This document shows, piece after piece, positions 1 through 9,807 of a stretch of 64,000 nt of DNA. Below the pieces are notes generated by a model. That model was not told the DNA's origin, searched no databases, and saw nothing but the letters and a program-made list of their open reading frames with translations. Numbering within the stretch: position 1 is the first letter of the stretch; each line of letters begins with the position of its first letter. The stretch covers positions 128,001 to 192,000 of the forward strand of contig CAXBMO010000005.1 of NCBI GenBank assembly GCA_963977015.1, read 5' to 3'. The translations under genes were made by a program, and so were the position numbers. The stretch comes from an uncultured bacterium. GTDB lineage: Bacteria; Verrucomicrobiota; Verrucomicrobiia; Verrucomicrobiales; DEV007.

Positions 1-3000
1 CACCGGGGTTCGCGGTTTCGTCCGCGATCAACACCACTCCCTTGGCGACATTACTCAGGACATCTTCCTCAAACCGATTGCCGCTCTCCATGAAGAGGTT
101 ATTGCCGGCAATCACATTGATGTCACCACTGTGATCCCCAATTTGCGGACGATCAAAGAGGCCCTGCTCGATCCGCGAACCGCCGTAGTAACTGGAAGCG
201 TTACCAATGATGGCGTAGGCACTGTAACCTCCACCTCCATCCAGGGTGATATTGTTCAACGCAGCGACTGAGATGTTGCCATCGGTATTTCCGGTGCGTC
301 GCGCATCATCCGGGTTGGCCGAATGTCCAATCTGAGCGAAATTGCTCGAGTTATAGAGCGAAGTATCGAAGTTGATGGTGCTGGAGACCAATGTATTGGC
401 ATAGCGCTCGCCCCCGCGAAGGGTTACGTCGTTGGCGGAGTTCACGACCACATCTCCCGTAATCGTTCCAATACTTTCGGAACGTGCGCCGCCATGCCCG
501 ATGAGGGCAAAGGCAAAGTCGCCATCCCCGGCTTCCGCCGTGACGTCACCATCGGAGCCGGATTTCACGCCCAAGGCATCAATGGTGATGTTTCCATCAT
601 AGGAGATTCCCCGGTTGCTGGCTCCCGACTGGTAACCGCCATGGCCGATCATGCCATAGGAAGCAAATTCGTTCAGCCAACTGGCGGCGGGCTCAGTGAA
701 GATCTGGTTTCCGGAAGGATCCGTCGGAATCAGCCAATCAGAAGTGCTTGGAGCATCCCCGCCTCTGACCGTCACGTCGCCACCCGCCAGCACCGAAATA
801 TCACCGGCAATCAAATCCGTATCGAGATTGGGACCGCCATCCATGTATGAACCGCCATGTCCAATTTGCGCCATATCCAGGCGATGGTCACCGGCCAGAA
901 CATTCACATCACCGAGAGCGGCGCTAACGGAAATGCTCGCATCAATTTCCATGTCGTTCTGGATACCGCCATGTCCAATCCTCACCCAACGTTGCTCACC
1001 ATTGCGGATATTCGTGGTCCCGTTGGCATCACGACCGACGTAAATCTGGGTCTGGTTCGATTGACGAATCTGAGTGGCCACATTGGGACCGCCCTGAAGG
1101 GTGAGATCCCCCTGCTGAGCCGTCACTGAAATATCCGCATTGTTGACGGTCACTTCCGCAAGCGTGTCGTTGACGTGGCCATAACCGCCATGACCAACCA
1201 TGGCAAAAGAGTGATTCCGAATCCCGGCCAGCATGTCAATACCGCCGTTGACATCAATCGTGACATCCCCCAGATAGCTCTTGGATTTGCCTTGATCAAC
1301 ACGTCCGCCCGTTCCGGTAACCCAAGCCTCTGTGCCTCCGATCGCGTTATATTCCTCGGTTCCTCCATCATTGTAACCGTATGGGATAAAATTCCCATCC
1401 GCATCGACCCGAAGTCCCCGGTTGGCCCCATTTCCTCCCCCGAAGTTGTTTACAATCGGATCGATATACTGGCTGCGCTGATCATCGTATCCGCCGTGGC
1501 CAATCATGGCATAGCTGCGGTTTCCGTTTCCGCCCTGGAGGCTGAGCCCCATTCCATCCACGAGATTTCCGCGATTGTCGGCCAGCGTATAAATCTGGGC
1601 GGTATTGGCATTCAACGCATCGAAGAACCCGGTTGAAGTTACGGAGATAATGCCCTCAAGCGTGCCATTGTTGGAGTAGTTGCCGCCGTGGCCGATCTTG
1701 GCGAAATTATCCTGCACATCAAGGGAGCCGCGTCCGGCATTGATTTCGTAATCCTGGGACAGGTCCGGATCGCTGATGATCACCTCCCATGCTCCCACTT
1801 GGGAACTTGGTTCAATTCCGCGGACGAAGTCACCGGCGCGCACATCAATCAACCCATTGGCGGAAACCGTAATGTCTCCTTTGTGTCCATCGTCGATGAA
1901 AATGCTCTGAATTTCCGTGGAACGACCACCGTGGCCAATCATGGCATAACTCTCTCGGGCACTTTGAACAGGGGCAGGGAGATCGATCGTAACATTGTGA
2001 TCGTCAGCAGCAAGACCTGCTGCCCCACCCTGGACTTCAACCGTCCACTCGTCGATCTGTCCGGTTTCATAGAATCGGTTGCCGGGCGCGCTCCGCGCAT
2101 CACCAATTCCATTGTTGTAAAGCTGATTGGTCTGGGCTGCGATCAAGCTGACATCCCCGCCGGCTGTCAGCGTAATGTCGGAAGCCCCCAACACTCCCAT
2201 GCCGCGGGAAGCGCTTCCCGACTGGGAGTTGGCACCGTTCCGCGAATCAAGCCGAGCCTCGGAATCATGTCCACCATGTCCGAGTTGAGCAAAGTTGCGA
2301 TCCCCGGTGCTCTGACTCTGTCCCGTGGTGTTGTAGAGCGGTCGTCCGACATTGCGATTGTCGTTGCCACCGCCCGTTCCTGACGTTGGAGTGCTCGCCT
2401 GATTCTCATACTCAATCCCATCCCAACCTCCGGTGGCCTGCATACGGAAGTCACCGGTAACACTGACATTGATCAATCCCCAGTGATCGCCTCGGGCAAC
2501 CCGCCCGCCATGGCCAATCATCGTGAAGTTATCGTTGCCGTTGTGTTCCTGATTTACCTCCAAGGTTCCCTGGCCCGGACGAAGCAATCCATCCGCAATC
2601 TCGTCTCCTTCCGGATTCAACTCCTCAATGGCACCAGCCGCAAAGTCCACATCGCCACCGGCTACAATGTTGATGTCACCATTGTGGCCCTCATTGGCAT
2701 TCGCCATCATATTGTAGCCCCCGTGACCGACTTGGGAGAAGGCCCGGTTCCCGCGGAATCCACTGCGGAAGGTAACGTCTCCTCCAGCGTTGACCGAAAT
2801 GTCTCCAGAGAAAGTTCCCCGAATCGCACTGACGCGACGGTAGTTCGGACGTTGATCGCGTTCATCGGTGCCGTCACCATCGAAGTCGAAATCTTCGCTG
2901 TAGGACACCGTATTCACGGTAGTCGTGCCATTTCCCTCGTCGCGAATTCCATTGGCGTTCATGTCGATCGCAGGGGTGCGACTCCAAGTATCGCCGCCAT

Positions 3001-6000
3001 CACCGCCATGTCCGAGCATCGCATACGCCCGTTCGCGGCCCGCATACATCTCAACGTCTCCGGTGGCATTGGCGACAATGTCACCAATGTAGTTGCCGGC
3101 CCCTTCATAGGAACCATGTCCGACTTGAACATACGAATAGCTACCACGACCATAGTTGGCAGCCGATCCATGAGTCGCCGACACATCCGTTTCCAAGATG
3201 CGGTCAAAGGTGATGTTTCCGTTGCCGGCATTCACGGTGACGTTACCGACAAGATCACCACCGGTCGCGCTACCGTTGTAGATATCCCCATTTCCATCTG
3301 CAGCACGCGTCACGATTCCACCATGACCAACTTTGGCGAAGTTGTAATTGCCGGACCCTGCCCGGAAGATGACAGCGCCATTCTCCGCATTTACGTTGAT
3401 CGTCCCGGATAATCCTTGGCGATGAGCGATGAAGTCCGCCGTAATCCCGGCATCGCCTTCCGGCAGGATTTCACCCGTGTTCGGATTGATGTAGAGCGCC
3501 GTATTCCCAGTTGGGTTGCTTGTGTTCGCTCCACCACTTGAATCTGCGTATTGCTGGAAGGCCTGGCCATCCCAGCGAACGTAGCCATCAGCCGCCGCTG
3601 CTTCTTTACTGGCATAGGGCAAAACCCGTCCCGTTTGAGGATGAATGTAAAGCGGAGTTCCGTCAGCCGCCGCATTCCCGGTGCTGTCCAACACCGTTCC
3701 CAACTGCGTATCGACGGACTGCTGCCAATCCAGAGGAGTGCCAATGGTATTCACTTCGCGCATGACGCGGCCCCCTCCACCGACACTGCCATCGGTTGCG
3801 AAACCGTAAGCATCACTCCCTACCCCAACTCCGTCAGGATCATTCGCCAATACGATCTGTTCGTCCAAATTCACCACCGCCGTCAAGTCACCTCCAGGGC
3901 GTACTTCATCATAAAGCAACGTATCGCGATCCCCACGGTCGTTTTGCAGGGTCAACGGCACATAGAGAATTTCACTGGATACATCCGCCACCTTTTCGTC
4001 ATCCACCGTATCCGGCGTAACCGTCAATTGCCCGGTTGTTGGGTCGCGATAGACCGACTGCGCATCAAAAATGGGAACATCGTCAATTCCATCAGGACTG
4101 GTGACGACTTCTCCCGTGGTCGGATCATACCAAAGAGGCGTCCCTGCCGCGACCACATCGGTATAGGTTGCATCCTGCGTCGTCGAGACCAAACCCGTCG
4201 TGGTATCAAAATAGAAGGCCGTTCCACCGGTGTTGGTAACCTGATATTGCCTCACGAGAATCTGGGTATCCGCCCAAGCCTCGGGAGAACTCGAGTTATA
4301 ACCGCCATGGCCAATCATCGCATAGGAGCGATCCCGACCGGCATTTCGGCTGAGATCATCCGATGCCAGCATCTCAATGTTTCCGGTCGTCGCAACGACA
4401 TCGATGTTCCCGGAGTGGGCGCCACGAACATTGTACCCACCGTGACCGATTTGAGCCCAGGCATCATGATCATTGCCCCCAATCATGGTGATTGAAGATC
4501 CCCTTACGGTGACGTCACCGGTTGCGGTTCCGCCATCGTTACCCCGCAAACCGGTTCCAACGTTGTTCTGGCCTTGGGTCGTCCGATCCAGAATCGCGAT
4601 TCCACCATGACCGATTTGAATATAACCGCGACGACCGTCAGTGTCGTTTTGGGAGCCAAAAATTGAGTTTTCGGCGATCACGCGAACGTCCCCCGTCATG
4701 TTGCCATCATTGCGGTGACCACCATGGCCGATTTGGACGCTACTTCCGGTTCCTCCGGAGGTCATTACGATTGAATTGGCCTCGACGTCAATGTTTCCGG
4801 ACTTATCTCCATGGCGCGTTGGCGCACCGCCCCAGTCTTCGACAACACCTCCGTGACCGATCATGGACGAACCGCGGTTCGTGGAACCCTGCATGATCAA
4901 CGCCCCGCCTGCCCGGACGGTGATATTACCATGGGCGTCGGCATCGGGCATTCCGCCCTGCCGGTTGTCCTCATAACCACCGTGCCCGATCTGCGTGGCA
5001 CTCTCATTGTTGCTCAAAAGGATGATGTTCCCCTGCATGTAGACATTGATGTCTCCCGCATTGGCATTGCCCAGGGCGGTGTTCCCCACCATCCCCTTGC
5101 CGGTTGCGCCCGCCACGGCGCTCGTATCGAGGTTCAAGGCCCGCAGGTTGACATCGCCGTCGTCAATCCTCCGGTCCAACTCATGCATGTTCCAGCCCAG
5201 CTGCGCGGAGTTTCGGGTACTGGCCGTGAACATGGTAAGATCGTTTCCGAAGACGTTGGTCTCACCGTGAGCAGATGCGATGGTCGCCACTGTATCGTCG
5301 TCACTCACCGCATTGTAGACGACATTTCCCTGACCACCGGTTCCCCAGGTCCCGTAGGTATTCGCAAGAATGTCGGCTACGCTGATGTCGCCAGCGCTCT
5401 GCACCTGACCTCCAAGCGCGTCGGTCGTAGCATTGTTGGTGAATAGCCCAACTCCACCGCCGCTCCATCCTGCGACCACGTTCACGTTACCGATTCCTCC
5501 GTTCCGCACACTCGCACTTCCATCGAGGATGAAGTCTCCATGAGCGAAAAACGAAATCGAATTGGGACTTTGGAAGTCGACATGGCTTTGGTGAGCAATG
5601 GTGATATCGCCGGGCTCCGCTCCCGTGCCGGAAGTGTGGATCACCACATTGGAACTACCCAACGCGGTTACGATCGAAGCCGCGCTGATTCCGGACGTTC
5701 CGTCATCGATGAGAACGTCCACCGGGTCCAGAAGCAGGGTTCCATCAGCGCCGGTTTCACCGGAGGCAATGACGTTCCCGCTGAACTTCAGGCTCCCCAA
5801 TCCGGAAACCTCAGCCAAACCGCCGTCCACAGCCCCGCTGACATCGATACTTCCGCGAAAGTCCGTCGCGCCATCCGCCCAAACCGCTACCTGACCACCA
5901 TTTCCGGTCCCACCACTGGCACGAACCACCGCACCCATGGCAACATTCGTGTTCTGTGCATTGCGCAAATTCGGGTCATTTCCCTGAAAACCACCGCCAA

Positions 6001-7681
6001 TATTGGCAAAGCCGCCATCGGTCGCGCCGGTGACATCCACCACCGCATTGGCTCCCAGGCTGACTTCGTTACCCGTCAAATTCACCAGACCACCCGAGCC
6101 GCTGTTTCCGATCGCACTCACGGTTCCGTCCACATTCATTTGGTCTGAAGCATCAAGCGCCACGCTTCCGCCGGATTCACCATTCGCGCTGATGTTTGCG
6201 CCGAGTCCGACGTTCACATTCTGTGCCGATGCGGTTACCGAACCACCCAGCCCCTCAGAGCTGTTCGCCTGAATGCCACCAAGGATGTTGATGTTGTCTC
6301 CGGCGGTCAAATCGACCATTCCTCCGGCTCCAGTCGTTCCATTCGCGGTAATCTGTCCCGCCGAGGTCAGGTTGCTCTGTGCCATGGCCGAAACCGACCC
6401 CGCGCTCACCCCACTCACGTCCACCGATCCAGTTGGCGTGATGTTGATGTTTCCACCGGCAATGGAAGCCGTGCCGCCGGCACCATCGCGACTGACTGCG
6501 GCGATCGCGCCGCCAACCACAACTTCACCCGTGGCCGTAAGCTTCACTGCACCGGCATCGCCAACCGTAGCCCCAACATTCACCGTCGAACCGGGAGCCA
6601 TTGCAATGGAGGAAGTCGTTGGCAAAAGCGGATCCGTTCCATCCGACCCAATATTGATCGCGCCACCACCAAGTTCACCCGCAGCCGAGACGGTTGCATC
6701 AGGCATGAGATCCACCGTGCTACCAATGATATCAACCGAACCAGCCGTGGTCTCGCCATTTGCAGCAACCATGCCACCGATATTAATCGCTCCATCGGCA
6801 ATGATGTCGATATCGCCACCAACGGTTCCGCTGGCGTCCACAACGCCCGTCGATTCGATCCCACTATTGTCAGCCCGCAGCAAAATGCGGCCACCGCTTC
6901 GATCAGAACTGTTCGCCCGAATCGTTCCCCGGTTTTGAACGGCCATGGACATGGCATTTCCGGTTGAGGCCAAAATCGCTTCCGCGCCTTCCACGGTTCC
7001 GGTCTCACCAACGGTGATGTGCCCCATTCCCACCGCGCCGGTCACGAACACGTTTCCGCCGCGCCCCTGCTCAATCAGAACTTCACCGCCCCGAGCCAAA
7101 ACCACGCGGTTATCGATTCCGCCGATTGCCCCGTTGATTTCAATATTGTGCGCCACCACATAGATTTCGCCCCCGTCAGCGGCCTGAATGGTTCCGTTGG
7201 TAATAATGGAAGCCTGGCTGTTTCCCTGCAGCAGGACATCTCCCCCGTTCAAAAAGACGTCATTGCTTACATCCAAGGTCGAAAGCAGCAGCCCCCCCAC
7301 ATCGATCATTCCATTGGGTCCCTGAATGATTCCGTTGGGGTTGATGAGCCAAACTGTGCCGTCCGCTTCAAGAAGTCCGTTGAGGGAGGAAATCCCAGCC
7401 CCAGTGACGCGGTTCAACGAAGCGCCGGTCCGGCCCATCTGAAAAATCGTGGACTGACCTTCACCAATCGAAAAATCGTCCCACTCGATGATCGACTTTT
7501 TGGAACTCTGCAAAATGTTGAGCGTATCGCCGTCCAGTTCAAAACTGATTTCACCCGATATAATGTTTGCTCCGTCCGGATTGGGATTTGCGTAGGTCGC
7601 GACGGGCAACCAGACAAAAGACGGAAACAGCGCCAGCAAAATGGCTTTCTGTAAAAAGAGATTCTTTCTCAAGGGTTTCAT
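1..7681 (-). CDS. Giant filamentous haemagglutinin-like (TpsA-type) beta-helical exoprotein; 5' part only, runs off the left edge
   Basis: ATG at 7681 gives signal peptide MKPLRKNLFLQKAILLALFPSFVWLPVATYA, then TPS secretion-domain motifs (SIIEWDDFSIG, SLNRVTG, WLINPNGI). G/N/T/D-rich repeats with many AQIGHGG-like motifs follow. It is missing from the ORF track, consistent with no stop codon inside the window; I did not check every codon. Confidence 0.88.
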   Translation of the reverse strand, partial: MKPLRKNLFLQKAILLALFPSFVWLPVATYANPNPDGANIISGEISFELDGDTLNILQSSKKSIIEWDDFSIGEGQSTIFQMGRTGASLNRVTGAGISSLNGLLEADGTVWLINPNGIIQGPNGMIDVGGLLLSTLDVSNDVFLNGGDVLLQGNSQASIITNGTIQAADGGEIYVVAHNIEINGAIGGIDNRVVLARGGEVLIEQGRGGNVFVTGAVGMGHITVGETGTVEGAEAILASTGNAMSMAVQNRGTIRANSSDRSGGRILLRADNSGIESTGVVDASGTVGGDIDIIADGAINIGGMVAANGETTAGSVDIIGSTVDLMPDATVSAAGELGGGAINIGSDGTDPLLPTTSSIAMAPGSTVNVGATVGDAGAVKLTATGEVVVGGAIAAVSRDGAGGTASIAGGNINITPTGSVDVSGVSAGSVSAMAQSNLTSAGQITANGTTGAGGMVDLTAGDNINILGGIQANSSEGLGGSVTASAQNVNVGLGANISANGESGGSVALDASDQMNVDGTVSAIGNSGSGGLVNLTGNEVSLGANAVVDVTGATDGGFANIGGGFQGNDPNLRNAQNTNVAMGAVVRASGGTGNGGQVAVWADGATDFRGSIDVSGAVDGGLAEVSGLGSLKFSGNVIASGETGADGTLLLDPVDVLIDDGTSGISAASIVTALGSSNVVIHTSGTGAEPGDITIAHQSHVDFQSPNSISFFAHGDFILDGSASVRNGGIGNVNVVAGWSGGGVGLFTNNATTDALGGQVQSAGDISVADILANTYGTWGTGGQGNVVYNAVSDDDTVATIASAHGETNVFGNDLTMFTASTRNSAQLGWNMHELDRRIDDGDVNLRALNLDTSAVAGATGKGMVGNTALGNANAGDINVYMQGNIILLSNNESATQIGHGGYEDNRQGGMPDADAHGNITVRAGGALIMQGSTNRGSSMIGHGGVVEDWGGAPTRHGDKSGNIDVEANSIVMTSGGTGSSVQIGHGGHRNDGNMTGDVRVIAENSIFGSQNDTDGRRGYIQIGHGGIAILDRTTQGQNNVGTGLRGNDGGTATGDVTVRGSSITMIGGNDHDAWAQIGHGGYNVRGAHSGNIDVVATTGNIEMLASDDLSRNAGRDRSYAMIGHGGYNSSSPEAWADTQILVRQYQVTNTGGTAFYFDTTTGLVSTTQDATYTDVVAAGTPLWYDPTTGEVVTSPDGIDDVPIFDAQSVYRDPTTGQLTVTPDTVDDEKVADVSSEILYVPLTLQNDRGDRDTLLYDEVRPGGDLTAVVNLDEQIVLANDPDGVGVGSDAYGFATDGSVGGGGRVMREVNTIGTPLDWQQSVDTQLGTVLDSTGNAAADGTPLYIHPQTGRVLPYASKEAAAADGYVRWDGQAFQQYADSSGGANTSNPTGNTALYINPNTGEILPEGDAGITADFIAHRQGLSGTINVNAENGAVIFRAGSGNYNFAKVGHGGIVTRAADGNGDIYNGSATGGDLVGNVTVNAGNGNITFDRILETDVSATHGSAANYGRGSYSYVQVGHGSYEGAGNYIGDIVANATGDVEMYAGRERAYAMLGHGGDGGDTWSRTPAIDMNANGIRDEGNGTTTVNTVSYSEDFDFDGDGTDERDQRPNYRRVSAIRGTFSGDISVNAGGDVTFRSGFRGNRAFSQVGHGGYNMMANANEGHNGDINIVAGGDVDFAAGAIEELNPEGDEIADGLLRPGQGTLEVNQEHNGNDNFTMIGHGGRVARGDHWGLINVSVTGDFRMQATGGWDGIEYENQASTPTSGTGGGNDNRNVGRPLYNTTGQSQSTGDRNFAQLGHGGHDSEARLDSRNGANSQSGSASRGMGVLGASDITLTAGGDVSLIAAQTNQLYNNGIGDARSAPGNRFYETGQIDEWTVEVQGGAAGLAADDHNVTIDLPAPVQSARESYAMIGHGGRSTEIQSIFIDDGHKGDITVSANGLIDVRAGDFVRGIEPSSQVGAWEVIISDPDLSQDYEINAGRGSLDVQDNFAKIGHGGNYSNNGTLEGIISVTSTGFFDALNANTAQIYTLADNRGNLVDGMGLSLQGGNGNRSYAMIGHGGYDDQRSQYIDPIVNNFGGGNGANRGLRVDADGNFIPYGYNDGGTEEYNAIGGTEAWVTGTGGRVDQGKSKSYLGDVTIDVNGGIDMLAGIRNHSFAMVGHGGYGHVNDTLAEVTVNNADISVTAQQGDLTLQGGPNVATQIRQSNQTQIYVGRDANGTTNIRNGEQRWVRIGHGGIQNDMEIDASISVSAALGDVNVLAGDHRLDMAQIGHGGSYMDGGPNLDTDLIAGDISVLAGGDVTVRGGDAPSTSDWLIPTDPSGNQIFTEPAASWLNEFASYGMIGHGGYQSGASNRGISYDGNITIDALGVKSGSDGDVTAEAGDGDFAFALIGHGGARSESIGTITGDVVVNSANDVTLRGGERYANTLVSSTINFDTSLYNSSNFAQIGHSANPDDARRTGNTDGNISVAALNNITLDGGGGYSAYAIIGNASSYYGGSRIEQGLFDRPQIGDHSGDINVIAGNNLFMESGNRFEEDVLSNVAKGVVLIADETANPG

Positions 7682-7885
7682 AGCAATGTTCGGGGAGTTT
7701 TTCGCTTTTGGGGGACCTAAACTAAGAATTCCGCAACTTCCTGAAAGCGGCTTTCACTCAGGAATTGTCTCGGTTCACGCGGGTGTGACGTTTCAAAAGT
7801 CCAAAATTAATTTTGTATCCAGGTTTCTCGGCGCAAGGACCGGAACCTTCCTAGAAACTGAATTCGGTGACTTTTGTCAATCAAA

Positions 7886-8263
7886 TCAGCGCACTTGGGA
7901 CAAATCAGACAATTCCACCCAATATCCATCGGGATCGATCAGAAAGATTTGCCAGGCACCATCCGGTCTCCGTTGAGGCCCGAGAGCGATTTCCGCACCT
8001 TTTTGGACGAGTTCGTCACGAGCCGCTTCAATATCCGGCACCTCGAACGCGAAATGCGCGCCCCGGTGATGTGAGATGACCTCAACGTCGAGTCCACAGA
8101 GCAAATGCAGTTCGCGAGTTGGGCCCAGCTTGTACCAGGCGCCCTCAAAATCGAAGTCGGGACGCTTTTTAGGCTCCAATTCCAGCAACTCGCCATAAAA
8201 CCGCTGACTCGCCTCGAGATCCTTTACGTGAATGGCAACGTGATTGAGATCAGTGATCGTCAT
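7886..8263 (-). CDS. VOC/glyoxalase family protein
   Basis: MTITDLNHVAIHVKDLEASQRFYGELLEL...HFAFEV...QIFLIDPDGYWVEL. Start placed at the ATG at 8263 rather than the longer track ORF. Confidence 0.9.
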   Translation of the reverse strand: MTITDLNHVAIHVKDLEASQRFYGELLELEPKKRPDFDFEGAWYKLGPTRELHLLCGLDVEVISHHRGAHFAFEVPDIEAARDELVQKGAEIALGPQRRPDGAWQIFLIDPDGYWVELSDLSQVR

Positions 8264-8303
8264 GCGACGAACCAACGGCGGATCGCCCTGATTCGCAACG
8301 CCC

Positions 8304-9536
8304 TTACTTCTTCTTTGAGAAGACCTTTTTGAAAAGCCCTCGCTTCTGAGAAGACCTCGAGGAAGAAGAGGACTTGGACGATGAGGAGGAGGTTCTTCCT
8401 TTCGAACTCGAAGCAGCGGACCGCGTATGAGAAACCGACACGCGCCGCTCGCGAGGACTGGTCGATTCAATTCGGGCCTCTTTATTGAAGACTTTTCGGA
8501 ACAAGCCATTCTTTTCCCGCCGCTCTGATGAAAGACTCGCGGTGGAGCGAGACGTTGACGAATTGTTGGTGGCGATTGTTGTCCGGATTCTCGCCGTGGT
8601 AGAAGAAGAGTTGCTGCTCTTGCTGGAATTGGTTTTTGCCACCACGGAAGTATTTCCGCGACTAAAGCCCAACGAAGAAGCCAGCGAGGCGGACTTCCGT
8701 TCTGAACCGGACGCAGAAGGAGTCGATTTCGCATTTCTCTCCGCCACGGAAGCTGCGGAAGATTGAAGCTTGGCAAGCAGAGCTGCGGGCGCATTGACAA
8801 TCTCAGGTTTCGGCAACGGGAACAACATTGGCGCTTCCGACTTCTTTGAGTCCGTCGGCTTTGTTGATGGAGACGACTTCGCAATATTCAAGCTGGGCCG
8901 TGGCGTTTTGAGTTTGCCGGGTCGATGGCTGTTGATGAAGCTCGTCGGCTGATGGTAGTTGGCGTAGCTCTTCGGATAAGCCCAAGCTCGAATCCCGATG
9001 TTGATGTTCTTCCGGATCTCCAGGTGCAGATGCGCGACATACATGCCGCGATTGTTGCCAATTGACGCGATTCGCTGCCCACGACGAACGGATTGACCAA
9101 CACTGACCCGCCGGCTGATCACGTGACCGTAGAGAGAATCAACGTATTTCGTTGATCCACCCGAATCCCGGTATTTGTGACGGATGATGACCACTTCCCC
9201 CCAATCGGATCCGTAGTTTTGGGAATACACCACCTTACCGTGCGCTATGGCGAGAACCGGATCGCCGTAGTCGGAGTTTCCGCCGCCGTTTCCATTCCAA
9301 TCGTCCCCCATGTGCTGATAGGGCACCATGCGGCGAGCCGTATAGTAACCGTAAGCGGAACCGCCCCCGACCGGGAAATCAAAACCATCCGCATATCCAG
9401 TCGGCAACGAAGGACTGGTATAGGTTCGCCCAGAAGTCGCCGTTACCTCGAAGTCCTGCGGACGGATTGAATAGAAACCAAGGGCCAACAGGACCGAGAG
9501 AATTGCAAATTTTGATATACCAACGCAGCGTTTCAT
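8304..9536 (-). CDS. M23 family metallopeptidase (peptidoglycan endopeptidase) with Ser/Lys/Arg-rich low-complexity C-terminal tail
   Basis: N-terminal signal/TM segment; HMGDD (HxxxD) and HLHLEIR motifs; SLYGH. Confidence 0.88.
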   Translation of the reverse strand: MKRCVGISKFAILSVLLALGFYSIRPQDFEVTATSGRTYTSPSLPTGYADGFDFPVGGGSAYGYYTARRMVPYQHMGDDWNGNGGGNSDYGDPVLAIAHGKVVYSQNYGSDWGEVVIIRHKYRDSGGSTKYVDSLYGHVISRRVSVGQSVRRGQRIASIGNNRGMYVAHLHLEIRKNINIGIRAWAYPKSYANYHQPTSFINSHRPGKLKTPRPSLNIAKSSPSTKPTDSKKSEAPMLFPLPKPEIVNAPAALLAKLQSSAASVAERNAKSTPSASGSERKSASLASSLGFSRGNTSVVAKTNSSKSSNSSSTTARIRTTIATNNSSTSRSTASLSSERREKNGLFRKVFNKEARIESTSPRERRVSVSHTRSAASSSKGRTSSSSSKSSSSSRSSQKRGLFKKVFSKKK

Positions 9537-9807
9537 AACCTTTATAAGCTAAAGATTTTAAATTTCAGAATTACACGACCTCCTAGAATCTTGAAGATTG
9601 AACCTTTCTAGCGAAACTTTTTAAAATTGAAACTAATTTTTGAGAAAAAATTACAAATTTTATAATTGCGACACCAACAAGGTCTTTCTTGCCAATTTTC
9701 AGGAAGATTCGTTTGCTGGATTGCCGGACAACCTGGCTTTCTCCAGTCTTGATTCCCCAATCCCAAACGTTTAGCCTGCTTTTTAAACCGCCAAAAAACC
9801 CCACCCA

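Noticed and set aside
323-7654. Many plus-strand ORFs in the track
   Set aside because: They are antisense shadows of the giant minus-strand exoprotein gene.
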